64,000 nucleotides of DNA from NCBI RefSeq assembly GCF_009914755.1, contig NC_060933.1, one strand, 5' to 3'. The stretch comes from the human T2T-CHM13v2.0 reference genome, Homo sapiens. Below, in pieces: positions 1 to 17,290 of this stretch; the stretch's first letter is position 1; each line of letters begins with the position of its first letter. The notes under the pieces were generated by a model. That model was given only the letters and a program-made list of their open reading frames with translations, did no database searches and was not told where the DNA came from. The position numbers and the translations under genes were made by a program.

Positions 1-602
1 TCTTTTTATGAGAGAAATCACACCTGTTTTAAATTTTTTCATTTGATTATATCCTATTTTCTTCAATTGAGAGAGAGATGTAGAGTCTTGGGTTCTCTTA
101 TATAAAATGAATGGTTTCATTTGTACCAATATTTATTGAGCACTTATGTGGAATACTGGATAATTTTATTACTCGATTGCTAATTCCCTTTACTAGATCT
201 GAAATTCTGTGGATATGTGATAATTATTTAAAAATGATAAGAGAGTGATAGGGGCCAAGGTAATTCAAAACTGAACATAATTTGCCACTATTCTCTGGAG
301 CACCCTCAAGCCTCCCTATCCCCACCTAAAGTATGATTTGGTTTTGAAAACAGTGCAATAATTTTTTCTGGTAGATTTGTCTTTCTGTGTTTTCTTTAAG
401 TAATACAAACCAGCTGATTACTCGGCAGTTCTGAAGAGTGTGTGTGGCTATGTGTACACACGTTTGTGTGCATGTGTATGTCTTGGAATTACATTTTTAC
501 TCCAGCACAGAAAGATGATTATAGAATCATAAGTTGACTACCTTTGCTTAACACCAAATTACCTTTTGATGTACACATGCAGCTTTAAAAAAAAAAGTCT
601 GG

Positions 603-897
<295 letters not shown>

Positions 898-951
898 AGT
901 CTGGAAACAATTCAAATGTATATCAATAGGAGGATGGGAAGACAAATTGTG

Positions 952-1250
952 GGCCCAGCACAATGACTTAACACCTGTAATCCCAACACTCTGGGAGGCC
1001 AAGCCATGAGGATCACTGGAGGCCAGGAGTTTGAGACTAGCCTGAGCAACATAGCGAGACTCTGTCTTTACAAAAAAAAATTAAAACTTAGCTGAGCATG
1101 TTGGCACATGCCTGGAGTCCCAGCTACTTGGGAGGCTGAGGCAAGAGAATTGCATGAATCCAGGAGTTCAAGGTTGCAGTGAGCCGTGATCACACCACTG
1201 TACTTCAGCCTGGGTGAGAGCAAGACCTTGTCTTTAAAAAGTAAAAGAGT
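952..1250 (+). mobile_element. Alu SINE, AluJ-type
   Basis: J-type GAGGATCAC..GAGGCCAGGAGTTTGAGAC and GGAGTTCAAGGTTGCAGTGAGCCGTGATC; TSD AAGACAAATTGTG / AAAACAAATTGTG. Confidence 0.9.
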
Positions 1251-1517
1251 AAAACAAATTGTGATACAGTCATACGATGGAGTATTATTGAGCAAGTCAA
1301 AGGAAAGGACTGCTGATACAACACGGACAAATCTCAAAAACATTGCATTTGGCAAAAGAAGCCAGACACAGAGTACATAGCATATGAATCCATTTATATA
1401 AAATTTAAGAACAGGAAAAAGTAATCTGTGTTTAGTATCTTCTTATGGCAGAGGCAGTAGGTTGGGATTTTAGTGGAAAGGATTATGAGGGAACATGGTA
1501 GGATGGTGAAAATGTTC

Positions 1518-1705
1518 TGCACTGTCTCAGCTGCACTAATGACATATAGCTATTAAAATCTATTAATTAAAACAAAATTCATTTCCACTGTCACATTAGC
1601 TACATTTTAAATGTTCAATAGCCACATGTGGCTACTGCCTACTAAGTTGGACAGTGCAAATACAGACTTCTGTTATCTCAGAAGTTCTACTAGAGAGTTC
1701 TAGTC
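1518..1705 (-). mobile_element. MER3-like hAT-Charlie DNA transposon fossil
   Basis: TCAATAGCCACATGTGGCTAC...TTGGACAGTGCA...CAGAAGTTCTA matches the reverse complement of MER3 as recalled. Confidence 0.7.
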
Positions 1706-2621
1706 TAGACCTTGTTTTATGCACATGTTTACATTTTTCAAAATTGTAATTAATATGCATTGTATGCCAGTAATACCTGCCCCCAAACCCTATAAATCAT
1801 TAATAGAATTTTTATTACTCTATTTTAATCTACTAATTAGCCCATGTTTTCCATAATATTTTTGTTCAACCCTGGGGAGAAAGGATAAATAGTAAAATTC
1901 TTGGCAAATTTTCAAATATGTAATTGTGACATACAATAGATAGCATTGATTTTCCGCTCCAAAAAATGAGTTCTGCTGCTTTATAATTTTGAATGCATCT
2001 AGAAACAAGAAATTTCTTTTGAGGGCTTAAAGTGAACTCTAGATGAATACAGAAAAAATTTTTTCTATTGGAATCAAGTATCTTAAACGTGGCGATCATA
2101 CAACCTTCTTCTAAGGTAACACTTAAGAGCGTTTTGGGAGATTTTGGTGCTAGCTCTATGACTAGGTTTAGAAAGTCAAATAAGCTCGGTAGGTAACACT
2201 TCAGACTCAAGCCTTTTGGAAGTAGAAGAAAACTAAGTTTGTAAGTGAAGGATAAAAAGACCTGAATGATCTCAATTCTAAAATTCTGATTTTAATGGAT
2301 TTTAAGAGATGGAATACCAGGTGAATTGATTCAAAATATTAAATATATGTGTTTATATAGTACTTCAGTGAAATTAAGAAAAATTTTTGGTGGAGTAAGT
2401 ACCTTAATAATGTTAATAAATATTTCTACCAGTGTTTTTTAAGACCTTTGTGAACCCCAAGTAGATTTTTACAAGACAATGAACTTTAACTGTTAAAGAT
2501 TAATTATTATAAATGAATCAGCAGTTCATGTCAATAATATGTGCTGGAAAGTATTTTCTCAATTATTGTCAATTATATATAAAAAATGATTTTATTTGAT
2601 CCAAATTCTTTAACTGCCAAA

Positions 2622-2813
2622 TTCTTGTTTTCTTTCTCTCTCTCTCTCTCCCCCTCCCTCTCTCTCCCTCTCCCTCTCTCTCCCTCTCTCTCTGCCCCCT
2701 CCCTCTCTCCCCACCTTTCCCTCTCCCTCTGCCTCTCTCTCTTCCTCTCCCTCTCCCTCTCCACTTCCTCCCTCCCCTTCCCTTCCTCCCTTCCTCTACC
2801 TTTTTTTTTTCTT
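2622..2813. repeat. ~190-bp polypyrimidine (CT/CCCT/CTTC)n low-complexity tract
   Basis: Almost purely C/T on the + strand with only a handful of purines. Confidence 0.95.
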
Positions 2814-3310
2814 ATAATGTAATATGTAGTCTGGAGAAAACATCTCCCAAGTTCTGTTGGGCCATTCTCCCTATTGGAAGTATACTAATAGTATCTGCTC
2901 ACTGGAACATGCCATATATGTCACCTGCCCCACATACTGATATCACAATAATATGTAAAACCTTCATTTAAATTGTTTTTGAATGTGTATATCAATTGTT
3001 ACAGCATATGACTGAACTTTTTTCATCCTTAAAAATTTTTTTAAGCAATATGACACAACCACTAATGAAGAAAAATAAAGATTACTGATTGACATTACAT
3101 GTATTTGCCTCTTGATGCCTTGTTTGTTTTGAAAGAGAGAATTTACGTGCGTGCAATATTTTTCCAAAAATTTTTTTTTAGCTTACTAACATTTTTGTTT
3201 TGAGGGCAGGGAACAGAAAAATACACATTTTACAGTGGGGTGTTTAAAACACTTGCCCGCAAGTACTGTTTGAAATGTTATGTGGTACTACTGTCATAAA
3301 AGAGATTAAG

Positions 3311-3565
3311 GGCCAGGTGCCATGCCTTACACCTTTAGTCTCAGCACTTTGGGAGGCCAAGCCTGGGCAAGAAAGACACCCTGTCTCTACAAAAAAATGA
3401 AAAAATAAATTAGCTAGGCATGGTGGTGCGTGCCTGTAGTCCCAGCTACTTGGAAGGCTGAGGCAGGAGGATTACTTGAGCTCAGGAGTTCAAGGATGCA
3501 GAGCCATGGTCACACCACTGCACTCCAGTCCCGGTAAAAGAGTAAGACCCTGTCTCAAAAAAAAT
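3311..3565 (+). mobile_element. AluJ-type with left-arm internal deletion
   Basis: GGGAGGCCAA joins directly to GCCTGGGCAA (B-box segment missing); TSD AAAGAGATTAAGG / AAAGATTAAGG. Confidence 0.88.
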
Positions 3566-5017
3566 TTAAAGATTAAGGCCATTTTAAAGACTTGGTTTGA
3601 AGACTTCCAACCCCATATAATATTAAACACATTAAAATACATCCACATCACATAAAATATACATGACTAAAAATTGAGTTTAAAAATGACAATAATGGTA
3701 TGTTTTGTAGACATTAATTACATAGTTATTATTTGCCACTTTTCATATTTTGAAGTCAACTTTTTTTTTTTAGATCCCCAACATTTTCAAAAGACCTTGA
3801 GAACTGCATAAATCCTAAGCATAGTGATTGATGGATAAAATGGCCCTGAAATAATAGTGGCAAAAGTGAATTTAAAACAATTTGTTTCTTAGGCTTTTTT
3901 TTCCTTCTTCCTATAAAGGGAGGGATTAGTTAATAGATCCACTGAGATCATTATAGTGAACTTTGTGCTAGTTTCACAAAGATCAGAAAAAACTAATAAA
4001 AGGGTGATTACTTAAGTGTACTTGAACTCATTACCCTAATTTGGCACTACAACCTTCATTAAAAATTGATATACTTCATTATGAAAAAATAAAGACAGTT
4101 GGATTTGCTTTATAGGGTTATCTTACTTGTAACTTCAAATGTGTGACACAGTAATTATAGACTACTTGTTAAATGTTACATCATTTTTCACCCAGAAGTA
4201 ACAACCTTTAGAGGAAAAACACTAATTTGTTTGAAGATTGATAATAGACAAGAAATGTTAAGTGAATAATAAGATTATAGAAAACTGTATGACAAAGATT
4301 TTTTATAGGGTTAAACATGCCTATTTTGAAAGTGGATAAGTTTAAGATTAAATTCCTCCTTAAATGAAATAAGTAAAATTGCATAAAATATCCATATCAT
4401 TTTCTTTTGAGGCAGTACTGTCTCAATGACCCTACAATGAAATACAAAGAACTGACTTTCTGGAAAAGCCAGAAACCATCAGCGTCTAAGGAACCAGCTG
4501 CAGAGGTGGCAGAATTGAATGATGTATATAATAAGTGGATCTACACTGGAGCTTAATCTAGGTGGAAGTTCTTCTCACTGCTGAGAGCACATTAAGGAAG
4601 TATCTATTATAAGAGTAATTTCTATAAGACTATTTTTAAGTTAACTTAGTTGTACAATTAAAACATAACTTGTTAGCATCTCTTGAAAAAGCCATACCTC
4701 TGTATTTGACAATCATCTTTGGAAAAGAAACAAAATTCTGAAAGTTTATTGTAGACTTCAAAAGATATAACGCTTACCTGCCAGAAACAGGTAAGACAGG
4801 CTGGAAGTTGTAATAACTTTTGGAAAGGAAGTTGACAGGAACGTTCCTCGAATATCCACAATCTTAATCTCATGTCAACTATAATGAAGCCATGTAAAGG
4901 TGAGAAAAGGAAGAAACATTATCATAATCTACCGAGATGATTACTATGATCTTTTTTTTTTAAAGTATTGTGGTCTCATGGGTTGATTGGTTTTTGTTTG
5001 TTTTTTCGTTTGCGTAG

Positions 5018-5055
5018 AATGAGCCAAAAGGAACAGGGAAGCACTAGTCCTAGAG
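5018..5055 (+). other. Candidate 38-nt cassette or cryptic exon (non-coding)
   Basis: U-rich tract TTTTTGTTTGTTTTTTCGTTTGCGTAG| acceptor and GAG|GTAAGA donor; no transcript evidence. Confidence 0.3.
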
Positions 5056-5279
5056 GTAAGATATGGTTAAGACTTGGGTTAAGGCTATAACTAGGAATAG
5101 TGAGAGAGGATATATTCTAAAAAATACAGTGGAGGAAATGTTTACAGTACTTGAAAATGTCAAGCATGGTCAATTTTCTAATACTTACTGAGGACCGGCT
5201 ATCTCTGCTATACTAGTTATTATGGACACGTGGAGATAAGGAACAAGGAAGAGTGAAAGATACAAAAGAACTTCCTTGT

Positions 5280-5720
5280 TGTGCCAGATTATCTTCTATT
5301 TGTGTCTCCATATTCACTCTTGACTCTTTTTTACCCACCTTTCTAGAAAGCTGACCTTCATGCATTCTGACTACATCATTGCTTTCTGGCTGCCAGTTGG
5401 TTTCCATCAGTGGGCAGCACTGGCAGGAGATTGGAGACGTGGAGAGAGGAGAGTAAAGTCAGGTTTTTTATTACCCTGTCTCCTACCTTGCAAAGTTGCT
5501 TCAAGATAGCCATATCCATTGACTTAAGAATTCTGATAAAGGCTCTTTCCCCTCTTTAGGCTTATGGGTAGTAACAGTTCCACTGCTCTCTAGGTTACTG
5601 CACCATTCTTTCAGTTTCTCTACACCCACATCTTGGTAAATAGGTCCTTTGTACTTAAATTCGCATCAAATTGCCCTCTTTCTAGTGTATCATCTGTTTC
5701 TTGTTGGGACTTTGATAACA
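5280..5720. mobile_element. LTR33-like (ERVL) solo LTR
   Basis: Starts TG; ends CATCTGTTTCTTGTTGGGACTTTGATAACA; internal GGCAGCACTGGCAGGAGATTGGAG as recalled for LTR33. Confidence 0.6.
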
Positions 5721-5744
5721 CTAAATAAACTCACAGACTGAAAA

Positions 5745-6127
5745 ATTTTGCTTGAGTTGCCATAACAAAACACTACAGACTGAGTAGCTTAAACAACAGA
5801 AATTTTTCTCACACTTCAAGAGACTAGAAATCTGAGATCAAGGTGTCACTGCTTGACACCAAGAGATGGTCTCTTCTGAGGCCTTTCTCACTGGCTTGTA
5901 GATGTCCATCTTCCCCTTGTATCTCCACATGGTCTTTCCTCCGTGTGTCTGTGTTCTATCTTATCTTCTTATAAGAACATCAGTCATATTGGATTAGGGC
6001 TCACCCTAATGACCTCATTTTAACTAAATTATTTCTTTAAATATGCTACCTCCAAATACAATATGAGGCACTACTGGTTAGGACTTCAACATATGAATTT
6101 GGATGGGACACAATTCAGTGCATAACA
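5745..6127 (-). mobile_element. MLT1B/C-like MaLR LTR
   Basis: GCCATAACAAA..CAGACTGAGTAGCTTAAACAACAGAAATTT...GGACTTCAACATATGAATTT..CACAATTCAG..CATAACA. Confidence 0.8.
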
Positions 6128-6434
6128 GACTAGTTGAGGAAGAAAGGCATAAGATAAATGAGAAAATAATATATCAAGATTATGAGTATAGGTATGAATA
6201 TAAGAAAAGGACAATATTGGACTTACTCTGAGCAGAACATTAGGAAGGGGAAAAGATAAGACTTTTTTTTAATAAGCAGTTTTATAAATATGCAAATTTC
6301 AGTGACAGATTCAAGTAGAGAGGCACATACAAAAGAAGTCCCATGAGCTAAGAACTATCAGACCAGGAGACTGATCTAGGAGCCATGTAAGTAACAGAAT
6401 AACAATAATTACCAACATTTATGAAGCATTCTGA

Positions 6435-6820
6435 CAGATTATTAGTTACCTGCTCCCCTTCTTTTATGAAAACAGAATTATTCATGTTTTGGGCTGAGCC
6501 GGAAGACTTCCTTTCCTGGTTTCCCTTAAAGTTAGATGGAGTCTTATGACTAAGCTCTTGTCAACTAAGTGTTCACAGGGCCACTTCAAAAAAAATTTAA
6601 GGCAGATTGCTTAAGTCCTTCACCCTTTCCCCCTCTAATTTTCATCCCCTTCTCTATCCCATTGTTTAGAAGAAGGATGCCACCAAGCCACACACATGGA
6701 GCAACAGAGTAGGAGACTAAGACCATAATGAGTGTGAGGCTACTACACTGGTCTGCATTATGTTTACATGAAAAAGAAACATCAATCTTGTTTTCTGTCT
6801 CACAGTTAATCCTAATTAAC
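6435..6820 (+). mobile_element. Degenerate ERVL/MaLR LTR (LTR16/MLT1-like) within a MIR
   Basis: TTTCCCTTAAAGTTAGATGGAGTCTTATGACTAAGCTCT motif; splits a MIR-like sequence. Confidence 0.4.
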
Positions 6821-6824
6821 ACAA

Positions 6825-7055
6825 ACATTTTCTATGTACTAGGTACTGTTCTCAGTTTGTATGTATTATTTTGCTTAATCCTGTAGCAATTCTATATGTA
6901 GATTACCATTATTATCCCCTATAAGGAAACAGAGAGATTAAGTAATTTTCCCTAGACAGCACACCTCATTTTTGCTGAAGTTAGGTCTTGAACCAGACTA
7001 ACAGACTATGACTACGGAGTCTGCCTTCTTAACTGCTATGTTGAACTACCTGCCT
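6825..7055 (-). mobile_element. MIR SINE
   Basis: ATTATTATCCCC..TAAGGAAACAGAGAGATTAAGTAATTTTCCC core in reverse orientation. Confidence 0.7.
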
Positions 7056-7108
7056 CTTGTCTCTAATCCTACACCCAACCCTTTTGCATCTAAGAAACAT
7101 AATTTTTT

Positions 7109-11326
<4,218 letters not shown>

Positions 11327-12369
11327 CATATTTTTTAAAGCTGTAGTCTAAACAAGAGAATCTTGAATTTGGGACAGTTCCACACAGTGTACCAGGGAAA
11401 ATAGCTTACATGAAAAAATTTGGTAAAGATTTCTATATAACTGTAATCTTATTTTCTTTCTTATTTTAGTCTAAATTTTGCCTAAGTTGCTTTGTCTTTT
11501 GAAATACTGATAATGTGTTTCTTTCTAAAATTAATTTTTAAAGAAGACTTTACTCTGGAGACCCTCTTGTGGAGGCTCTCTGTAAATCTAAAAGGCAGTC
11601 TCTTCCTAGTTATCTGACTGTGATCAGCCCCATAGGGCAAGGTGTTTTCGATCTGTGCCACAAAGGGCCTTCCCTTGGCCATATTCTGCCAGAGTCCTTC
11701 TCAGAACCCCAGCTGGGATAATCTTTGGTGCAATCCAAGGACAACTTCTGCACTTAATTGTCAGATTTCTCTTGAGAAAGACTCAGCTCTCAGTCAGGAA
11801 TCAGTCCTTATGGTGACAGTCTCTGTTGCACTCCCCTTAGCAGCAGGAGAGCTTTAAGAGTGTTACAGGGCTTTGTTAACCCCTCTCTTATAGAAACTGG
11901 AGAAAAAGGGATTTTAAGGGTGTCTTGATTTTTTTTTTTTTTTTAGTGTTTAGTAAGAGGAAAAACTGGACCTGGGATATTGTTCTATTCCCTTCCCATC
12001 TGGCCACATAAAAGGTTTCAGAAAGGCCATCGGATCTACTTGGAGGATATTAATGCATTAAAATTCTCTAAAGAAATGAGGCATTAAATAAGGAATCCAT
12101 TTATCCACTTGAAGTAAGTTCAGAAGGAAGAACACAGAAAACTACAGACCTATGATATCTCTCACCCAATTTACTTTCAGGCTATAAGTAATACTGATAA
12201 TCAAGAACAGCTTTATTAGGAAGAGATTTTGAAATCTATTCCAATACATACTGTGGTTTTTAATTTCTGCTTCTAACCAATTTTTTCAGCTAACAAAGGT
12301 ATTGGAATAGTACATTTATGATAATCAGTATTGTTGTGCCATCCTGGGGATATAAAAGAGTTCTTAATC

Positions 12370-14215
12370 CTTTATTAAAATATAATTCACATATAATAAA
12401 TTCACTCCTATTAAGTATACAATTAGATAAATGTTAGCAAAGTATGCAGTCATTTGACCACCACCGCAATCAGATATTGGACATTTCTATCAACATCAAA
12501 ATCTTCCTTGTGCTTTTGTAGTCAACTCTCTCTTACCAATTACCTCACCCCATCCCCAGGAAAACTTTGATAAGCTGCCACTATATTATTCCTTTAACTA
12601 GAATGCTACATAAATGGAACATACAATATTTAAATTTTGCTGGGGGGTGGGTGCTGTGGCAGAATGTTTCTGACATTCACCCATATTGTTGTGTATATCA
12701 ATAATTCATTTGCTTTTATTGCTGATTAGTATTCCATTGTATGGATATACCAGAGTTTGTTTCAGATATTTGTTATTATGAATATTGCTACCATCATTAT
12801 ATATAAGTGTTCTTGCCACAATAATGCTGCCACAATTCATGTATAAGTGTGCCTGGAGATAGATGTTTTCATTTCACTTTTACAGACGCCTAGGAGTGAA
12901 ATTACTGGGTCATATACCAAGTGTATGTTTAAGAAATTGCCAAAATGCTTTCCTAGTGCCTTTATCATTTTGTATTCCTCCCAGAAATGTGTGAGAGTCC
13001 TAATTGCTCCACATCCTTGCCAACTTTCATTGTGGTTTTAATTTGTATTTCCCTAATGACTAGTAATGTTAAGCTGCATTTCCTGTGTTATTGACTTGTC
13101 CCATTTCTTCTTTTGTGAGATATCTGTTCATGTTTTACCCCCTCCTTTTTTTTTTTTTTTTGTTTGTCATCTTCTTCTTGGATTATAAAAGTTCATATAT
13201 TTTGGACACAAATCCTTCATCAGACATACATATTTTGCAAATATTTCTCCCAGTGTACGGCTTGCCTTTTTACTTCCTTGAAGGTATCTTTCAAAGAACA
13301 AAGACTTTAATTTTGATGGTCTAATCTGTTAATATCTTTTTTTATTGTGCCTTTTTTGTTTTACCTAAAAAGTCTTTGCCTAATCCAAAATTTATCTCAT
13401 CTGTTTCCTTAACACAGTTTTATTATTTTTGCTAAGTTTAGGTCTATGAGAGGTTTTGAATTAAGTGGTGTGTAAGATATGAGATAAGGATTAAGGTTCA
13501 CAACTTTCCATACAGATTGTTTCATATCCTATTGTTTCAGCACCATTCATTAAAAAGACTACTGGTCTCCACTGAATTCCCTTTCTATCTTTATCAAAAA
13601 TAAGTTGTCCCTATGTATGCGGTTCTATTTTGGGATTCTCTATTCTGTTCTATTGATATGTTTGTCTATCTTTACCCCAATACCACACTATCTTGTATAC
13701 TGTAAATTTATAATTTTGAAATCAGGGAGTATTTTTGTTTTTCTTTTTAAAGGTTGTTTTCTATATTATAAGTCTTTTGTGTTTCCATATGAATTTTAGA
13801 ATCAATGATTTGGGTTAACATTGTGTTGAATCTACAGAATAATCTGGTAAGAACTGACATGTTAATAATATTAAGTCTTCTGACCCATGAAAAAGGTACA
13901 TATCTTCTTTTATTCTGGTCTTCTTTAATTTCTCTTGGTAATGTTTTTTAGTTTTTGGTATACAGATCTTTCACTATTTTTATCAGTTTTATCCCTGAGT
14001 AATCGTAATTTTGATGCTATTGCAAATAATACTGTTTTTAAATTTCTTTTGTTCATTACTAGTATAGAGAGATATAACTGATTTTTATTATGATCTTTTA
14101 TATCCTGATACCTTGTTAAAGTAACTTCTAGTAGTTTCTTTGTTGATACCACCAGATTTTCTATGTAGATGAACATGTCAGCTGGGAATAAAAACAATTT
14201 TATTTCCACCTTTTC
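12370..14215 (-). mobile_element. Old L1M (L1ME-type) 3' portion with decayed ORF2
   Basis: TTTATTAAAATATAATTCACATATAATAAATTCAC end; ORF 13925-14248 gives EIKLFLFPADMFIYIENL, homologous to [20 protein letters not shown]. Confidence 0.85.
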
Positions 14216-15234
14216 AAAAAGTAAAACACTTCCTCCAAAATCCCTCACCCTACTCAGGACTCAGAGATAAACACTATTAACAAATTTTGGTTTTAGTTCC
14301 TCTGGCAATCACAGTATTATTTTTCATGATATCTGTGATTCTCTTTCAAATTTAGATAGTATCTCTTGAAACTCTACAATGAATGATGAAAAAATTATAC
14401 TATTTTCCCCTCCTTCACCTTGTTTTTCTCACTCTGACTCCAATTTTTAAAATTACATTATACTTTTCCATTGTCTAGGTTTATAACAATTGTTTCCATT
14501 TCTGACCATAAGGTGGGCTAGGTAAACTGAATGATCCTCCTTCAGCAAATACCTAAAAATTCTAAAGTATTTTAAAACAGCTTACTAAATGCACTGGTGA
14601 GCTGGCAAGAAAGGGAAATTCTCAAAGACGTACAAAGGATCAAAAGTCCAAATCAAAAAACTAAACCAGTACTGAGGAAGGAAATCTACCCTTCTTTCAT
14701 AAGCTAGAATTACTATTTTAATGGCCTCTTGGAGACTGGAGACAAAACCTCGGACCTCATGAACTGAGAAGTTATAATCTGAAACCCCTCCACAGAGCCA
14801 GGACCAGAAGGGCTACACCTTCAATGAAAGTGAATTTTCATTAAAAGTAAAGAAAACAAGCAGTCATGTAAGCAAGAAGGTACAGAAGAAGACATGGAGG
14901 ACTGGGAGTCTTGGGTCAAAAATGGTCCTGTACAAAATCCTTTTCAGGGTCAATTAAAACCTATTTCACTTTCATTTATTTAATCATCATTTTCAATGAC
15001 TATTGATGAGTAGGGTTTCATTTTATTATTTCTTTTACTTTGCCATTTCATCTTGATCTCTGAATACTTTTTTCCAGTGGTTGTTGGATACCAGTGCATT
15101 TGTGAACAGAAGAAGAAATATTAGTTATCCTAACCTATAATACTAACTTTCAGCCTAATCCACAATGTATAATAAATATCACTGGGTATCTGAAGCTTAT
15201 GAATTTTCATTTCAGTTTTAAAATGTTTTTTGCT

Positions 15235-15445
15235 TTGGCATGGTGGCTTATGCCTGTAATCCCAGCATTTTGAGAGGCTGAGGTGGGAGGATCATTTGAA
15301 ACCAGGGATTCGGTTTGCAGTGAGCTATGCACTTCAAGGTGAAGGAAGGGAAAATAGTATAATTTTTTCATCATTCATTGTAGAGTTTCAGACTGCACTC
15401 CAGCCTGGGCTACAGAGCAAGACCTTGTCTCTAAAAAATAAAAAA
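15235..15445 (+). mobile_element. Alu monomer (FAM/FRAM-type) carrying a non-Alu insert
   Basis: Monomer sequence to GCAGTGAGCTATG, ~62-nt foreign segment, resumes CTGCACTCCAGCCTGGGC; TSD AAAATGTTTTTTGCT / AAAATGTTTTTGTGCT. Confidence 0.88.
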
Positions 15446-16460
15446 TGTTTTTGTGCTAAAGGAATTAGTATGCTGTTGCTTGAATTTTGTTAATCTGAGA
15501 TTATAAAACACACAAAAATATTATAAAGCTTATCTGTTTCCTTTAAAATTTTTAAAGCCTTACTTTTTATACTTTTCTCTGAATTGAATAAAAGGAAGAA
15601 TAAGTTAACCACTTGATAACTATATTAGCAATGTTGAGTTAGTGTCAAGAACTAGAAAGTAGGAATATAAAAATTAAAACTTGACAAAGGTTTAAAACCA
15701 TGATTTTAAAAAATATCCAGACTTAATCTTTTGCTCCTTTAAAATGTGGTTCTTAAATGTGCATAGTTTGTAACCCTTTTACTGTTATAACTCCCTACAA
15801 ATTGATTCATTGGTTTCACAGATTTTCTCCGTAGAAAATATAAAAACTTCTTGATTTCTAATTTTTCATTGTGCTATAGTTTTTCTCCATCATGGGTGTG
15901 TATATTTTGTAAATTCTAAATGGGTTTTTAGGTAAGTTTGGAAGCTATGTAATTAGGCATTTTCCTTATCCAGTTTTGAAGTTTGCGAATAAGTGCTTTT
16001 AAAAGAAATGTAGTTATTTTCATCCAAACATACCTTTATTCTCATGTTAGACCATCCTAAATTTAACTTTCACTAATGACCTCCAAAATGATTTGGAATT
16101 TTTGGCACTTCCTATTAAGACAATTACATTTTATTTGTGCAGGTTTAAAATTGTGTTTTATTGTGCATCACAAGAGTTTACCCAACTTTCTGTGAACTTG
16201 GGTCTCAGAACTAGCTTCATTACTGTGTTACTTTTGGAAATCACTTTACCTCACCGGGCTTCAGTGTTTGGTCTATAAATGGATTGGCATTTTTTAAAGT
16301 TTAAGGAAGAGTCCTCTTTGATGTTGATGAATCTAAGAAATGTGAACAGTGCACCTGTTTCACCATGAGTTTGTAATCTCTGATGGGTTATTTGGTTATT
16401 GGCAAAATAACCTGAAAATATAGCAGTGTTAAAGCTCCTGAAGATACCAGTATATTTTAA

Positions 16461-16838
<378 letters not shown>

Positions 16839-17159
16839 TGACACAAGCTAGAACTTGAATTTGTATACATTCTGGACCTTATTTAAAAATTTTAATACAA
16901 TAAATTTCTGATGAAATAATTATTCATTAAAGCAAAATTTCTCCATATAAATGGGCTTTTATGATCTAATTAATGTAATTGTGTTTCACCATGGCAAGGT
17001 GTGTTTGTATGGCTCGTGTGTGTATGTGTGTGTGAAGTTAAGCATGATAAACTACCTTTAGAAGGCTGCTGAAAAATTTTTTGAAACGCTATTGAATTTT
17101 TCAAATGTTAAAAAAAATGTAAACTTACAAAATATTTTGGTCTTTTTTTAAAAAGGCAG

Positions 17160-17290
17160 GGGCATCCAGTGGTTCAAGGTTACAATAAGCTGTGATCGTG
17201 CCACTGCATTCTACCTGGGATGACAGAGTGGGACCCTGTGCCACAGAGTGAGACCCTGTCTCAAAAAAAAAAAAACTATGTAAATCCAAG
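17160..17290 (+). other. Candidate Alu-derived cassette exon (131 nt, or 135 nt from AG at 17154-55)
   Basis: ACTTAC branch-like motif ~17123, TTTTGGTCTTTTTTT tract, AAG/GCAG acceptors, AAG|GTATGA donor at 17290/91. Confidence 0.45.
17171..17275 (+). mobile_element. Alu right-arm fragment (J/FRAM-type) with 20-bp internal tandem duplication
   Basis: GGTTCAAGGTTACAATAAGCTGTGATCGTGCCACTGCA; ACAGAGTGRGACCCTGT twice (17223, 17243); A13 tail. Confidence 0.88.

Larger units (their letters stand above)
901..1790 (+). mobile_element. Old L1M (L1ME-type) 3' fragment, interrupted by AluJ and MER3
   Basis: CTGGAAACAATTCAAATG..., AAAAGAAGCCAGACACA...CCATTTATATAAAATT resemble L1M 3' end; sequence resumes across insertions. 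Confidence 0.55.

Noticed and set aside
2573-2822. ER-rich and SL-rich ORFs
   Set aside because: Artefacts of the CT microsatellite
11825-11852. CTCF-like motif on the minus strand (GCTGCTAAGGGGAGTGC)
   Set aside because: Several core mismatches; cannot be scored without a PWM or ChIP data
16322-16385. TTGATGA...CTGA spacing resembling a C/D box snoRNA
   Set aside because: Box C imperfect, no terminal stem, no recognisable rRNA guide; snoscan/Rfam would be needed
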